The notes under the pieces: model-generated | Database searches by the model: none | Seen by the model: the letters and a program-made list of their open reading frames with translations, nothing else | What the model was told of the DNA's origin: nothing | Shown: positions 26,219 to 38,297 of the stretch, piece after piece | How positions within the stretch are numbered: the stretch's first letter is position 1 | Layout: every line of letters starts with the position of its first letter | Program-made: the position numbers and the translations under genes | Assembly: GCA_951406725.2 (NCBI GenBank) | Contig: OX597831.1 | Location: 22,196,001 to 22,260,000, forward strand | Direction: 5' to 3' | Length of the DNA stretch: 64,000 nucleotides | DNA from: Octopus vulgaris | Taxonomy: Eukaryota

Positions 26219-26728
26219 ATGTGTATCAACGTATGTTAGTCTATATATATATATATACACCGAAACAAAAAATTGTCGATAACCATTAAATTTATGTGTC
26301 TCGAAACAAAATCTTCGGCGCACCTCGAATTTTTTTAGAGATTTCTATCGGTTTGTTTCGAGACGCATAAATTTAATGGTTATCGACAATGTTTTATTTC
26401 CGCGTATCTGGCATTAGAATTTTTCTTCTGCCCTTATCTTGTAAATTATGTATAAATTTTACCTTTAAAGGCATTTTTTGATATGCTGGCCATTGATAAA
26501 ATTCTTTTCTCGAAAAAATTTTTTTATCCTATATTAATTATAAATAGATTAGTGTTCACTTCCGGATTCTGTCACTCTGTGAAAGTTTCTAGTTCGAATC
26601 ACACGTGTCTCGAGGTGCGCCGAAGATTTTTCTATTTTGGATATATTTGGGGTACTTAAGTCTGCTCGGGACTTGGTGCTTGCTTCTTCCGTGGGTATGA
26701 GTAAGTATTTCATTTATATCTCGCGTAT

Positions 26729-26789
26729 TTGCCGCTGAAGAGGGGAAAATTTCTTGTGAATTAACCCCGAAATTGGACCAATACGGTAA
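26729..26789 (+). ncRNA. Type I hammerhead ribozyme motif, canonical core
   Basis: TTGCCG-CTGAAGA-GGGG..CCCC-GAAA-TTGGACCAA-TA-CGGTAA. Stem I 6 bp (one G-U), stem II 4 bp, near-palindromic stem III, AUA triplet. Confidence 0.72.
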
Positions 26790-26990
26790 TAACGAATTTT
26801 TTAGAGATTTCTATCGGTTTGTTTCGAGACGCATACATTTAATGGTTATCGACAATTTTTTGTTTCGGCGTATCTGGCAATAGAATTTTTCTTCTGCCCT
26901 TATCTTGTAAATTATGTATAAATTTTACCTTTAAAGGCATTTTTTGATATGCTGGCCATTGATAAAATTTTTTCTCGAAAAAATTTTTAT

Positions 26991-27044
<54 letters not shown>

Positions 27045-27046
<2 letters not shown>

Positions 27047-27110
27047 ACGGGAAGCTTTATGAAAATAGACAAAAGACGAAGGCAGGTGGAATACAAACAA
27101 ACAATTGTAT
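27045..27110 (-). mobile_element. Truncated family D element
   Basis: AACGGGAAG..AAAGACGAAGGCAGGTGGA..ACAAACAAACAA matches 11832-11900. Cut off by the fold-back at 27111. Confidence 0.55.
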
Positions 27111-27341
27111 TATTAGACAAAAAGAGATAACAAAGCCAAGGCTGTGAGAAGTTTTCAAGATATTTATAAGGAAAGAGATGTAGATAAAGTCTTACAGCTG
27201 TTTCTGGGATATTATGGATATCCCTTCATCAGATCCATAATCTCCTAGAAACAGCAATAAGATTATATCTATATCTCTTCCCTTATAAATGTCCTGAACA
27301 CTCATCACAGCCTTGGCTTTGTTATCTCCTTTTGTCTAATA
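27111..27341. repeat. Fold-back repeat with hammerhead at its apex
   Basis: TATTAGACAAAA.GAGATAACAAAGCCAAGGCTGTGA / TCACAGCCTTGGCTTTGTTATCTC.TTTTGTCTAATA. Confidence 0.85.
27189..27236 (-). ncRNA. Hammerhead-like motif at the apex of a fold-back repeat
   Basis: Minus strand reads CTGATGA-A-GGGATAT-CCATA-ATATCCC-A-GAAA-CAGCTG-TA-AGAC. Stem I is disrupted at the inversion junction. Confidence 0.6.
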
Positions 27342-27351
27342 TATATATATC

Positions 27352-27640
27352 ACCGTGATCACCGTGACCGACCAGGCTATCACATGTTGCTACGCATCGC
27401 TGGTCACCATGCGCTTCGCATTGTTTTAGCCTTCAAATTACGCCACCCAGCTGGCGAAGAAAGAGTGAGAGAAAGTTGCGGCGAAAGAGTACAGCAGGGA
27501 TCGCCACCAACCCTTGCCGGAGTCTCCTGGAGCTTTTAGGTGTTTTTGCTCAATAAACACTCACAACGCCCGGTCTGGGAATCGAGACCGCGATCCTACA
27601 ACCGCGAGTCCACTGCCCTAACCAATGGGCCATTGCGCCT

Positions 27641-27642
<2 letters not shown>
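27352..27642 (-). mobile_element. SINE family A, tail type ii
   Basis: Reverse complement of the 60242-60550 type (tail ..GGTCACGGTGATCACGGTGA), with an internal deletion. Confidence 0.8.
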
Positions 27643-27685
<43 letters not shown>

Positions 27686-28164
27686 TAATATATATGTATG
27701 TATATACATATGCATCCATCCATCCATCCATACATTTACACATACATATACACACACACATACACGCACACACAGGGTGTTCTGGCTATGTCTGACGATT
27801 ATTTCTATTTCTCTCTCTCTTTTTTTTTTATTTTGAACGGCTTGCTGTATTGTTGAACAGTGAATGGCCTTGGAGAGTATAAAGATTAAAGATGTAATGG
27901 ACCAAAAGAAAAAAAAAGAAAGAAGAAAAGAAAAACAAACCAAAAACATAACATCTGAATATTGGAAAAAAATTACCTATTTTACGATGTTTCGTGCCGG
28001 GTGTTACAATGCCGACATCATGGCATCTACTCAGTTCTCTGTGAACAGTGTAAAAGATATATGGCGTGACATGGACAGCTGCAATGTAAAATTACTAAAA
28101 TTCCTATATTATGGATTATATGTAAATGTTTTTATCCTTGAAATGTTGGGCTATTACTCTTTGA

Positions 28165-28496
28165 CTCTTTCACTTGTTTCAGTCATTTGACTGTGGCCAT
28201 GCTGGAGCACCGCCTTTAGTCGAGCAAATCGACCCCAGGACTTATTCTTTGGAAGCCCAGTACTTATTCACTCGGTCTCTTTTGCCGAACCGCTAAGTGA
28301 CGGGGACGTAAACACACCAGTATCGGTTGTCAAGCGATGTTGGGAGGACAGAGACGCACAAACATATACACATACATACATACATACATACATACATACA
28401 TACATACATACGTACATGCATACATACATACATACATACATACATACATACATACAAACATATATACATATATACATACATATATACATATATACA

Positions 28497-28540
<44 letters not shown>

Positions 28541-28695
28541 CGATGGGCTTCTTTCAGTTTCCGTTTACCAAATCCACTCACAAGACTTTGGTCGGCTATA
28601 GTAGAAGACACTTGCCAAAGATACCATGCAGTGGGACCGAATCCGGAACCATGTGGTTCATAAGCAAGCTACTTACCACACAGCCACTCCTAAGC
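28165..28695 (-). mobile_element. SINE family C with expanded (TACA)n
   Basis: Reverse-complement consensus. Confidence 0.85.
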
Positions 28696-28942
28696 CTATT
28701 ATATATTTTAGTAACGTTAACTGGTTTTGTAGGTTATGCTTTACCGTCGAAGTCAAATGTCATTTGGTTTCGGTGGTTTCTTATGACGGTGAGGTTTTGG
28801 TTTATTGGATTTGTGGAGGATTTTCTGTTGATAATGCTACTACTTTGAGTCTATTTTCTCGTTTTCATTTTTTTATTTCCGTCTACGATTGTAGGTTTAG
28901 TAATTTTACAATATGTGATCAGCAATTTTACAATATGTGAAA

Positions 28943-29173
28943 GGCGGCGAGCTGGCAGAAACGTTAGCACGCCGGGCGAAATGCGTAGCCGTATTTCGTC
29001 TGCCGTTACGTTCTGAGTTCAAATTCCGCCGAGGTCGACTTTGCCTTTCATCCTTTCGGGGTCGATTAAATAAGTACCAGTTACACACTGGGGACGATAT
29101 AATCGACTTAATCCGTTTGCCTGTCCTTGTTCGTCTCCTCTGTGTTTAGCCCCTTGTGAGCAGTAAAGAAATA
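28943..29173 (+). mobile_element. SINE family B, full length
   Basis: Consensus head to AAAGAAATAG tail. Confidence 0.9.
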
Positions 29174-29511
29174 GTTTTAACACATCATGATACACATCTT
29201 TCGTGTCCCACCCAGGCGTGGTCTCAGGAATTTTTCGAAGGGAGGGCACAAATTCAGAAGTGAATACAATTCCAGGAGAAAAGGGCGCAATAACATTATT
29301 TAGAAGGTTGCAGTTATTTTCTTGAGGGGGTGAACGTACCCCTCAGCCCCACCCCCTTTTTGGGTCCGCTCCTACCACCGAGCACAAATCCTTTTGTATG
29401 TAACACAATTTTTAATCTTCGGATTTTTTAAAAATATGCTAAGCCACTGGTTTTAATTGATTAATATCAATTTCTACCCTTATTATTTAATTTCATATAT
29501 ACACATATCGC

Positions 29512-29584
29512 GCCCGGCTAGCTCAGTCGGTAGAGCACGAGACTCTTAATCTCGGGGTCGTGGGTTCGAGCCCCACGCTGGGCG
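29512..29584 (+). tRNA. tRNA-Lys (anticodon CTT)
   Basis: 73-nt GCCCGGCTAGCTCAGTCGGTAGAGCACGAGACT-CTT-AATCTCGGGGTCGTGGGTTCGAGCCCCACGCTGGGCG. All four stems pair, A and B boxes are intact, and a T5 Pol III terminator lies at 29590-29594. Confidence 0.97.
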
Positions 29585-29600
29585 TATTCTTTTTCTGTTG

Positions 29601-29665
<65 letters not shown>

Positions 29666-29681
29666 CATACATATATATATA

Positions 29682-29792
29682 TCGATTAAATAAGTACCAG
29701 TTACACACTGGGGCGATATAATCGACTTAATCCGTTTGTCTCTCCTTGTTTGTCCTCTCTGCGTTTAGCTCCTTGTGGGTAGTAAAGAAATA
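29682..29792 (+). mobile_element. 3' half of SINE family B
   Basis: Begins TCGATTAAATAAGTACCAG directly after (TA)n. Confidence 0.85.
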
Positions 29793-29929
29793 AAAAAATA
29801 TGTGATCAGCATAAAAGGATACAGCAGGCTTTCTGACAACGCCCGCACTCCAAAATCCACACGCATACCTTTGGACTGGGCCTTAAGCTCAATTCAGACG
29901 GTGATATGAAGCTGCTGGAGACTGTGGTT

Positions 29930-30448
29930 TTAAACCTTCGTTTTAATTCCCCCGAGGTCAATTTTGGCTTTCATTATTTCGGGGTCGATAAAATAAGTAC
30001 CAATTGAGTACTGGGGTAGATGTAATCGTGTAAACCCCACCCCCAGAACTGCTGGCCTTGTGCCAAAATTTGAAACCAAAGGCAGTGAGCTGGCAGAATC
30101 GTAAGCACGCCGGGCGAAATGCTTAGCGTTATTTTGTCCGTTTCCATGTTCTCAGTTCAAATTCCGCCGAGCTCGACTTTGCCTTTCATCATTTTGGGGT
30201 CATTAAAATAAATACCAGTTGAGTACTGGGGTCGATGTAATCGACTATGCCCCTCCTCTAAATTTCAGGCCTTTGTGCCTATAATAGTAAGGATTCTTCT
30301 TCTTCTTCTTCTTCTTCTTCTTCTTCTTCTTCTTCTTCTTCTTCTTCTTCTTCTTCTTCTTCTTCTCCTCCTCCTCCTCCTCCTCCTCCTCCTCCTCCTC
30401 CTTCTTCTTCTTCTTTTTCTTCTTCTTCTTCTTCTTCTTCTTCTTCTT

Positions 30449-30534
<86 letters not shown>

Positions 30535-31930
30535 GTCGAGGTAGCAGGTTCTTTAAAAATTCTATTGGTGTCTAAATTTAAAACATTATCTAAGATAAAA
30601 ATAAGATTTTAGTTTATGATAGCTGTAACCTGTAGGTACAAATTAAACATTTATGGTACATGTGATAATAGTTCAGCCATCTTGACATAAACTACCCTGA
30701 AAATTAATGAATTTGTATGTAGGTTTCTGGTTTAAATACAAGGCCAGTAATTTTGAGAGAAGGGGTTAGTCTATGCCACCGACTCCAATGCTTGACTGGT
30801 TCTTCATAATTAACCATCGTGAAGGGAGGAAAAACAAAGGTGACTTCGGTGGGATTTGAACTCAGTGTGTAAACAATAAGAACAAATTCCACAAAATATT
30901 TTTTCCGACGCCCTAACGATTCTCCCAGCTTGCTGGTTTTAATATTAGTAGGAATTGAACTTAGAATGTAAACGTAATAAATTCTGCAAGACACTTTTTC
31001 TGACGCTCTAACGTGTCTTATTTCTTTACTGCCCACAAGGGGCTACACACAGAGGGGACAGTTATTCATATTAATAGCGTACAGCAATACCTACAAATGG
31101 CACATTTCAAAACAGCTATTCATATTATTACAACAACAACAACAATAACTATAGGGATTTTTTTTCTGCTCAATGCACAAGGCCTAAAATTTAGTGAGGA
31201 GAGACGAGTCGTGTTCTTTGATCCCAGAGCGCGAATGAAACTGAATTTATCGACCCCACGAAGGATGAAAGGTAAAGTCGATTTCGGCGGTACTTGAACT
31301 CAAAGTAAAACCGGAAGAAATGCCGCTAAGCATTTTGTCCGGCGCGCTAACAATTCTTGTTTCTTTATCATTTCTTTACTGCACAAAGGGCTACATACAG
31401 AGTGGACAAACAAACGGACTAAGTCGATTATATCGACCCCAGTGCGTAACTGGTACTTATTTAATCGACCCCGATAGGATGAAAGGCAAATCGACCTCGG
31501 CGGAATTTGAACTCAGAACGTAGCGGCAGACGAAATACCTATTTCTTTACTACCCACAAGGGACTAAGCACAGAGGGGACAAACAGGGACAGACAGACAG
31601 ATGGATTAAGTCAATTATATCGACCCCAGTGCGAAACTGGTACTTAATTTATCGACCCCAAAAGGATGAAAGTCGACCTCGGCGGAATTTGAACTCAGAA
31701 CGCAAAGACAGACGAAATACCGCTAAGCATTTCGCCCGGCGTGCTAATGTTTCTGCCAGCTCGATGCTCTAACGTTTCTAACATTCAGAAACTCTTAACC
31801 TCGGTGGAATTTGAACTTAGAATTTAAAAGATCGGAAAAAATAATACAATTCTAGCGCTTTAACATTTCTTCCAGCTCGCTAACTTTGATCTCATTGAGA
31901 TTCGAAATCAGAATGTAAAGAGTAAGAATA
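29930..31930. mobile_element. SINE-B cluster: + copies at 29930-30295, - copies at 30720-31930
   Basis: Multiple complete and partial B modules, including head-less tandem units at 31370-31760. Confidence 0.8.
30295..30533. repeat. Compound (TTC)n(CTC)n(TTA)n microsatellite
   Basis: Seen directly. Confidence 0.95.
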
Positions 31931-32695
31931 AATATCGTGTGTGTATAATAAAATAAACAGCAATAATCTAACACAAACTCTGCAGAGTTTTGGTTATCCT
32001 CCGCCACATCAAATAAATAAGCACTAAGTCTTTCTTTACACTGAAAGACTTATCGGCAAAAAAAAAAGACAACAAAAAACGCAATAATCCGCCTCGTTAA
32101 TGCATGGTTATACTGATATCAGAATCAAGATTGAAATATATTCCATAGAAGAAAAAAAATCTAATGCTTTTTTTGGAAGAAGAGATTTAGTTATTAAAGG
32201 ATAAAATTCATTCGATACTGCCAAACCGAGTAAATTTATAAAAATATTTATTACTAATACTATTAAACCAGTTAATAAAAGCTGTGCCATTATTCTAGAA
32301 AGGTAAATCGGTTGTCTGTTTGATTTGGAGAATATTAATGTTTAAGACACTTTTATTCACTATATTCGATCTACAAGTTATATTACTTACAACATGTTTT
32401 TGTTATGGTTCTTAAATGTAATGTAAGGCTTTCTTAAGTCTAAACATTTTAACTCTATCATCTGTTTCCGGTTCAGCTTCTATTTGCTTAGTTCCTAAAT
32501 TAATGAAATTTATTTAATGCCGTTAGTTTTATTATTATTTTTTTTATTGGGATTAGGATATAAGAATTAAAAAAAATTTTTTTTATTAAATGTTACTCAC
32601 ACTCAGAGATTAAAAAAATAATGTTGTTAAGTGCTACAGTTAACAGAATACAAATGTAACGGTAGCGTTGTATCTATTGAAATGACACAGCAGAA

Positions 32696-32736
32696 CATCA
32701 TCATCATCATCATCACCATCATCATCATCATCGTCG

Positions 32737-32817
<81 letters not shown>

Positions 32818-33190
32818 CGATCATAATTATCATCATCGTCATCATGTTCGTCGTCGCCATGATAATCATCTTTGTCATCGTCGTGGTCATCATCATCATT
32901 ATCATCATCATCATCGCCATCGTCATCATCATCGCCATCGTCATCATCATCATCATCATCATCATCGCCATCGTTATCATCATCATCATCATCACCATCG
33001 TCATCGCCATCGTCATCGTCATCATCATCATCATCATCATGATTGTCGTCACCACCACCACCATCAGCACCACCTCCAGCACCAACATCACCACCATCAT
33101 CATCTTCGTCGTGATCATCATCATCATCATCATCACCACCAACATCACCACAGCCTCCAGCACCAACATCACCATCATCCTCACCACCAC

Positions 33191-33240
<50 letters not shown>

Positions 33241-33260
33241 CCACCACCATCACCATCATA
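32696..33260. repeat. Long degenerate (CAT)n/(CAC)n microsatellite
   Basis: Seen directly; explains the poly-Met and poly-Ile ORFs. Confidence 0.95.
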
Positions 33261-33437
33261 ACCGTATCTGTTCTCTCCATGCCGTGGTTTTCGATTCCAT
33301 TGAACAGAGACACAAGCAGAGAATGGTTTTATATTTTCTATAAAAGTACATACAAATCACTCAGCCGTAATATCGAAGTGACTGCATTAATTCTTTGCTC
33401 ACCATTCCGGTGATTGATTCTGACTAGAAGTTACAAT

Positions 33438-33472
<35 letters not shown>

Positions 33473-33742
33473 AAATAATTACCACTCTACTTGTTTTTCT
33501 TTCAATTCGTTCGTTTGCCCCACCCCTTTCTTTCTTTCTTCTTTTCTTCCTTTCTTTCCTCCTCTCTTTCTTTTTCACGTTCTTCTTTCTCTTCATTCAT
33601 TCATTCATTCATTCATTCATTCTTTCCTTCTTTTCACCTGATCTTCATTAGTTCTTTAGTTTGTTTTTCTTGATTTGTTGAATTTTTTTCCTTCGTCCTT
33701 TTTACTTCTTTTTTTCAATCTTCATTTCTTTTTCCATTTTAG

Positions 33743-33861
<119 letters not shown>

Positions 33862-33977
33862 GTCACTTCTTCCCTTCCTTCTCCCCTTCCTCCCCTACCC
33901 CCATCCATATTTACAAACATCATATGTTTGTCTCCTTCATTACTGACATTTGTTCTTCAATTCTTCCCCTTTCATGC

Positions 33978-34008
<31 letters not shown>

Positions 34009-34151
34009 ATTATAATATTTTCTGTTATTGTTATCTTCGCGTTCGTTCTGTATTCGTTATCCATCAGATCAAAGTAAAACTAACATCTATTGGCTCCTTT
34101 CCTAAACACACAACTTAAACAACAAGGACACATTTTGCTTACACACGTATG

Positions 34152-34200
<49 letters not shown>

Positions 34201-34447
34201 GTATATATGTGGATATATATATATATATGTATATGTATGTATATATGTGGATATATATATATATATGTATATGTATGTATATATGTATATATATATATCA
34301 ATATATCAATATATATATATATATATATCAATATATATATAAATATGTTTAATATGTATGTGTGTGTGTATATACATATATACATATATTTATATATACA
34401 TATGTGTGTATATACATACATATGTAAATGTTTGTGCATGCATACTT

Positions 34448-34485
<38 letters not shown>

Positions 34486-34554
34486 TTCCATATAACATAC
34501 ATATATACACGCATAATTATTATGTGTAAATACACACCAGGACTTACGCATTAA

Positions 34555-34603
<49 letters not shown>

Positions 34604-34656
34604 CATATGTATTTATATATACACACATGTGTAAATGTGTGTGCATGCATACTTAC

Positions 34657-34700
<44 letters not shown>

Positions 34701-35639
34701 ATGCATGTATGTATACGTACACACATGCATGTATAGCAAGTCTGCAGAAAATAATGGTAACACCACCATTTATTTAACTGCCTTTTCTATTGGCAACATA
34801 AACTGAACACTCTTCGAGTCTGTTTATTTGTTCGTCTCTTTTATGTATGGCTTCTACTTTGTGTTACAGCTTCTACTTTTCTTTTAAATATATCTATATT
34901 TATATCATTTAAAATGTGCAACTCATTTGATTTTCAAAAAGGACAAAATTTTTTTTTAGCGTGAATGACTGAAGCTTCACTCTTTTGAAGCTGGTGAATT
35001 GTTTACTGTTTTGAAGGTACAATCTTTAATATCACTTTGGCATTCCAAGTCCAAATTAAAACCATGTTCTGGCATACTTAATTCTAGACGGAAGGCAAAA
35101 GCCGCAGAGAGGGACCTCAGAGAGGGGTCTCAGAGCGGGATCACAGAGGGGTCGCAGAGATAGGCCGCAGAATAAGGAATCGTATTGTGTCAAAAATCTA
35201 TCGAACCACGGCGACAAAAGAGATAGCAGATTTAAACCACCACCCTGCAAACTCTGCGTAAATCAAGGCCGTTCGTTGTGGGCTGCATAAAGCTGTAAAA
35301 TATTGATAGCTGCAATCGCTAAACTTCTCCTGTACCCCATCAACCAGGGGTATCACTGGGTTATAAATTGAGGGATGAAGTACATAAAAACTAAATGCCG
35401 TGTCCCATACCAAACAATTTTTAATTCATTGATCATACATTTTATAAAATGTGCTAATTTCATTCGATGTTTCGCTTTGTTTTTTTGTAGGAAACACCTT
35501 GATTCTTCTGCCGTAACCAAGATCCTTCCTTGAACAGATTTGAGGTGTAGCGTTCTCTCGCCATGTAACCGCCAGGTTTACTCACCTCCTTTCACTTCGA
35601 ATAATTATATCTCAGAAGATCGGTCATTTTGGAAGTTGA

Positions 35640-36900
35640 GTTATCAACGTCTCATCTTAAAATGCCTCAAAGTATTTTCTGTTTTTTTAAAAATCTAGTC
35701 TAAGTTTTCATTTATACTTTCAATAACTGCTTCTGAAGTCTGCCCAATACACAAAACTCTTACCTCAGCCTCTGTTTTATATTTGTTGGCTCCATTTGAA
35801 GACAAAGAACTGTCTTTGTTTTTGTTCTATGACTAGTCACTGTTTGTATAAGCTCCCTCCTTTATACTTTATTTTTTTACTAGGAAATTTTTTATAGATA
35901 TTTTATCACAATTATCTATCTGCAGAAGACAAACACTTATCTGTATTCATGGTAAATATATAATATTACTGTGTTGGCTTTCGGGTAGTGAATACTAAAT
36001 GCAGTCATTATTTTCCTCTTCCCACCACCACAGTCTTGTCTTGTTAATTCATTTAACAATCAGTTAAGAAAATTATTTGAGTGCTCTGCACTCTGTCTTG
36101 TTCATTAATTTCTAAGAATTTGTAATTTTCTGGTTGATCTAATTCTCTTATCACCGTTTCTCTATCTAACGTAATAGTAGCAATCTTTTTTTTTTCTTTC
36201 TTAAAATTTGCTTGGCACATTTTTCTAAACCGAATTTCCTGCCAATTTCCCAACAGAATCTGTATCTACTGTGTGTATGCGTAGCAGTGTTTACAATTGC
36301 TTGTGATCCGCTACGAGGAGCAAATTGAAGCCATTCGCATACAAAAGGTCGTTGATTGATTATCGTTCCATAACACTTGTATACCTGCGTCAAGTCCACT
36401 TTAACATATTGGCTAAACGTGTTAAGTACCACGGAGGAAAAAAGAGGAGTGGAAAGGGAAGGGATCCCTTCGGAATAATTCTCTTAAATTCGGGATCCGT
36501 TTCGTATTTACAATTCCTCTTTTGTTTAAACAAGAGAGAATTATTTTCCATTTATTCATGGCGCATTTGATGTTGTTGATTGTTATTGGTTCTACTTTAT
36601 ACATGAGTAATGTTTCCAGGATCCAGGGGCGGCGAAGATCAAACGGTTTCTGGTAATCGATCCATTGCATGCTTAGGACCCTTCTTTCGGTTCCTAATGT
36701 CTTCACTTATCATTTCGTTAATCAGTAACTAATCTTTACAGCCACATGAGACTACTTCATCGCTTTTATTCTGGTCATTCGAAACACTTTATTTTGCTTC
36801 TTATTTTATATCTATTTTATTATCATTTATCCAAAGATTTACGCATTGCGATAATATTCCTGCAACGTTTTGTACACTGTAGACACACAGCTTATAAATA
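35640..36900 (-). pseudogene. Heavily decayed R4/Dong-type reverse transcriptase
   Basis: Scattered motifs on the minus strand: GCKD*LLINEMI (about 36710-36750), WIDYQKPFD..PWILETL (about 36610-36670), RKIMT..HYPKA (about 35970-36020). Confidence 0.7.
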
Positions 36901-37291
36901 TATAATTCCGCGAGTCTGAAGCTTTGTCAAAATTTAGGGTTTTTTTTGTTCTGTTTTATGTTGTTTTCTTTTCTATTCTGATCCAACTCAAGGAATATTT
37001 CTTACCATTTCAATATATTGTTGTATATTTTACAAGTACTTTGAGATTACCGTTTGGATATTTCTCTAAAAAGTTCGGAACTTGATCATTCTTGTATCAT
37101 TCCAATATGTTCATGTTCTAGGTTATTTTTTGTTAATCCTTCTTTTTCATATTACAGGTTATTCCTGGATTATTCTTCCTTGTTCATATTGTTAGGTTAT
37201 TTTACCTTTTTATATTTTGAATTATTTCTTAGTTATTTCAACTTTTTCATATTTTGTTTTATTCTCGCGTTATTCATACTGAACATTTACT

Positions 37292-37650
37292 TTTCGTTTC
37301 GTTCATTTGGTTGCGGCCATGATGGGGCACTGCCTCCAAGGATTTTAGACGAACAGATCGACCCGCTGGACTTACTTTTTAAGCAAAGTACTTATTCTAT
37401 CGTTTCCTTTTGTCGAACCGCTAAGTCACAGGGATGTAAACACACCAACACCGGTTGTCAAGCGGTGATGGAATGGGGGACTACTAACACACTCACACAT
37501 GCACATCTACGACGGGCTTCTTTCAGTTTCCGTCTACCAAATCCAGTCACAAGACTTTAGTCGGCCTGAGGTTATAGCAGGAGAAACTTGTCCAATGTGC
37601 CATCCAGTGGGACTGAACCCGGAACCATGTGGTTGGGAAGCAAGCTTCTG
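37292..37650 (-). mobile_element. Diverged SINE family C
   Basis: Recognisable core and tail motifs. Confidence 0.7.
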
Positions 37651-38297
37651 CACCTACTTGTACATATTCCAGGTTATTCTTTAGTTACTCTTACGATTTC
37701 ATATCCTGGGTGTTATTCCAGTTTACTCATATACTGGGGTTATTTCTAAGTGATTCCTACATTTTCCCATTACTGGGTAATTCATCTCTTATCACTATGT
37801 TTTCATAGTCTTGGTTATTTCCATTTTATTCCTACTTGTTCATATTACTGAGTTATTCTTGGATTATTCTTATTTGTTTATATTCATTATTTCTGGTTGT
37901 CCATATTCTGGGTTACATCGTCACTCGGTTGCCGTATCCATCGAACACAATTGTCCCTGCTCTTAAAATAGTTACTATTATTCTCACCCGTGCTCATCTA
38001 TTCCCTGTTTATACTACCCCCATCTCGACGTCGAAAATTTCCTACATCTGTTTCGATCAGCGCTGTGTTTTTTCCCGTTTTATTTTTAGCTAACTCTTGA
38101 TATGATCATATCTAGCTGGTGCTGAACCGTTTGTGGTATCCTTTCATTTTAGGGACATAAAAGAGTAAGATTGGAAATAAATGAACATGGTGTCGGGAAC
38201 GTACAAAAATAAACTTGGTATTCCTGAAAAAGCGAAACGAAACGAATAAGTAAATGTTTATAAGCAGGATATTAAACATCTTTTTTACATATTTCTG

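Noticed and set aside
29213-29373. GC-rich ends upstream of the tRNA resembling a decayed MITE
   Set aside because: Terminal inverted repeats are too degenerate and no TSD was seen.
32627-33413. 228-aa poly-Met and 260-aa poly-Ile ORFs
   Set aside because: Translations of a (CAT)n microsatellite; no domain or splice support.
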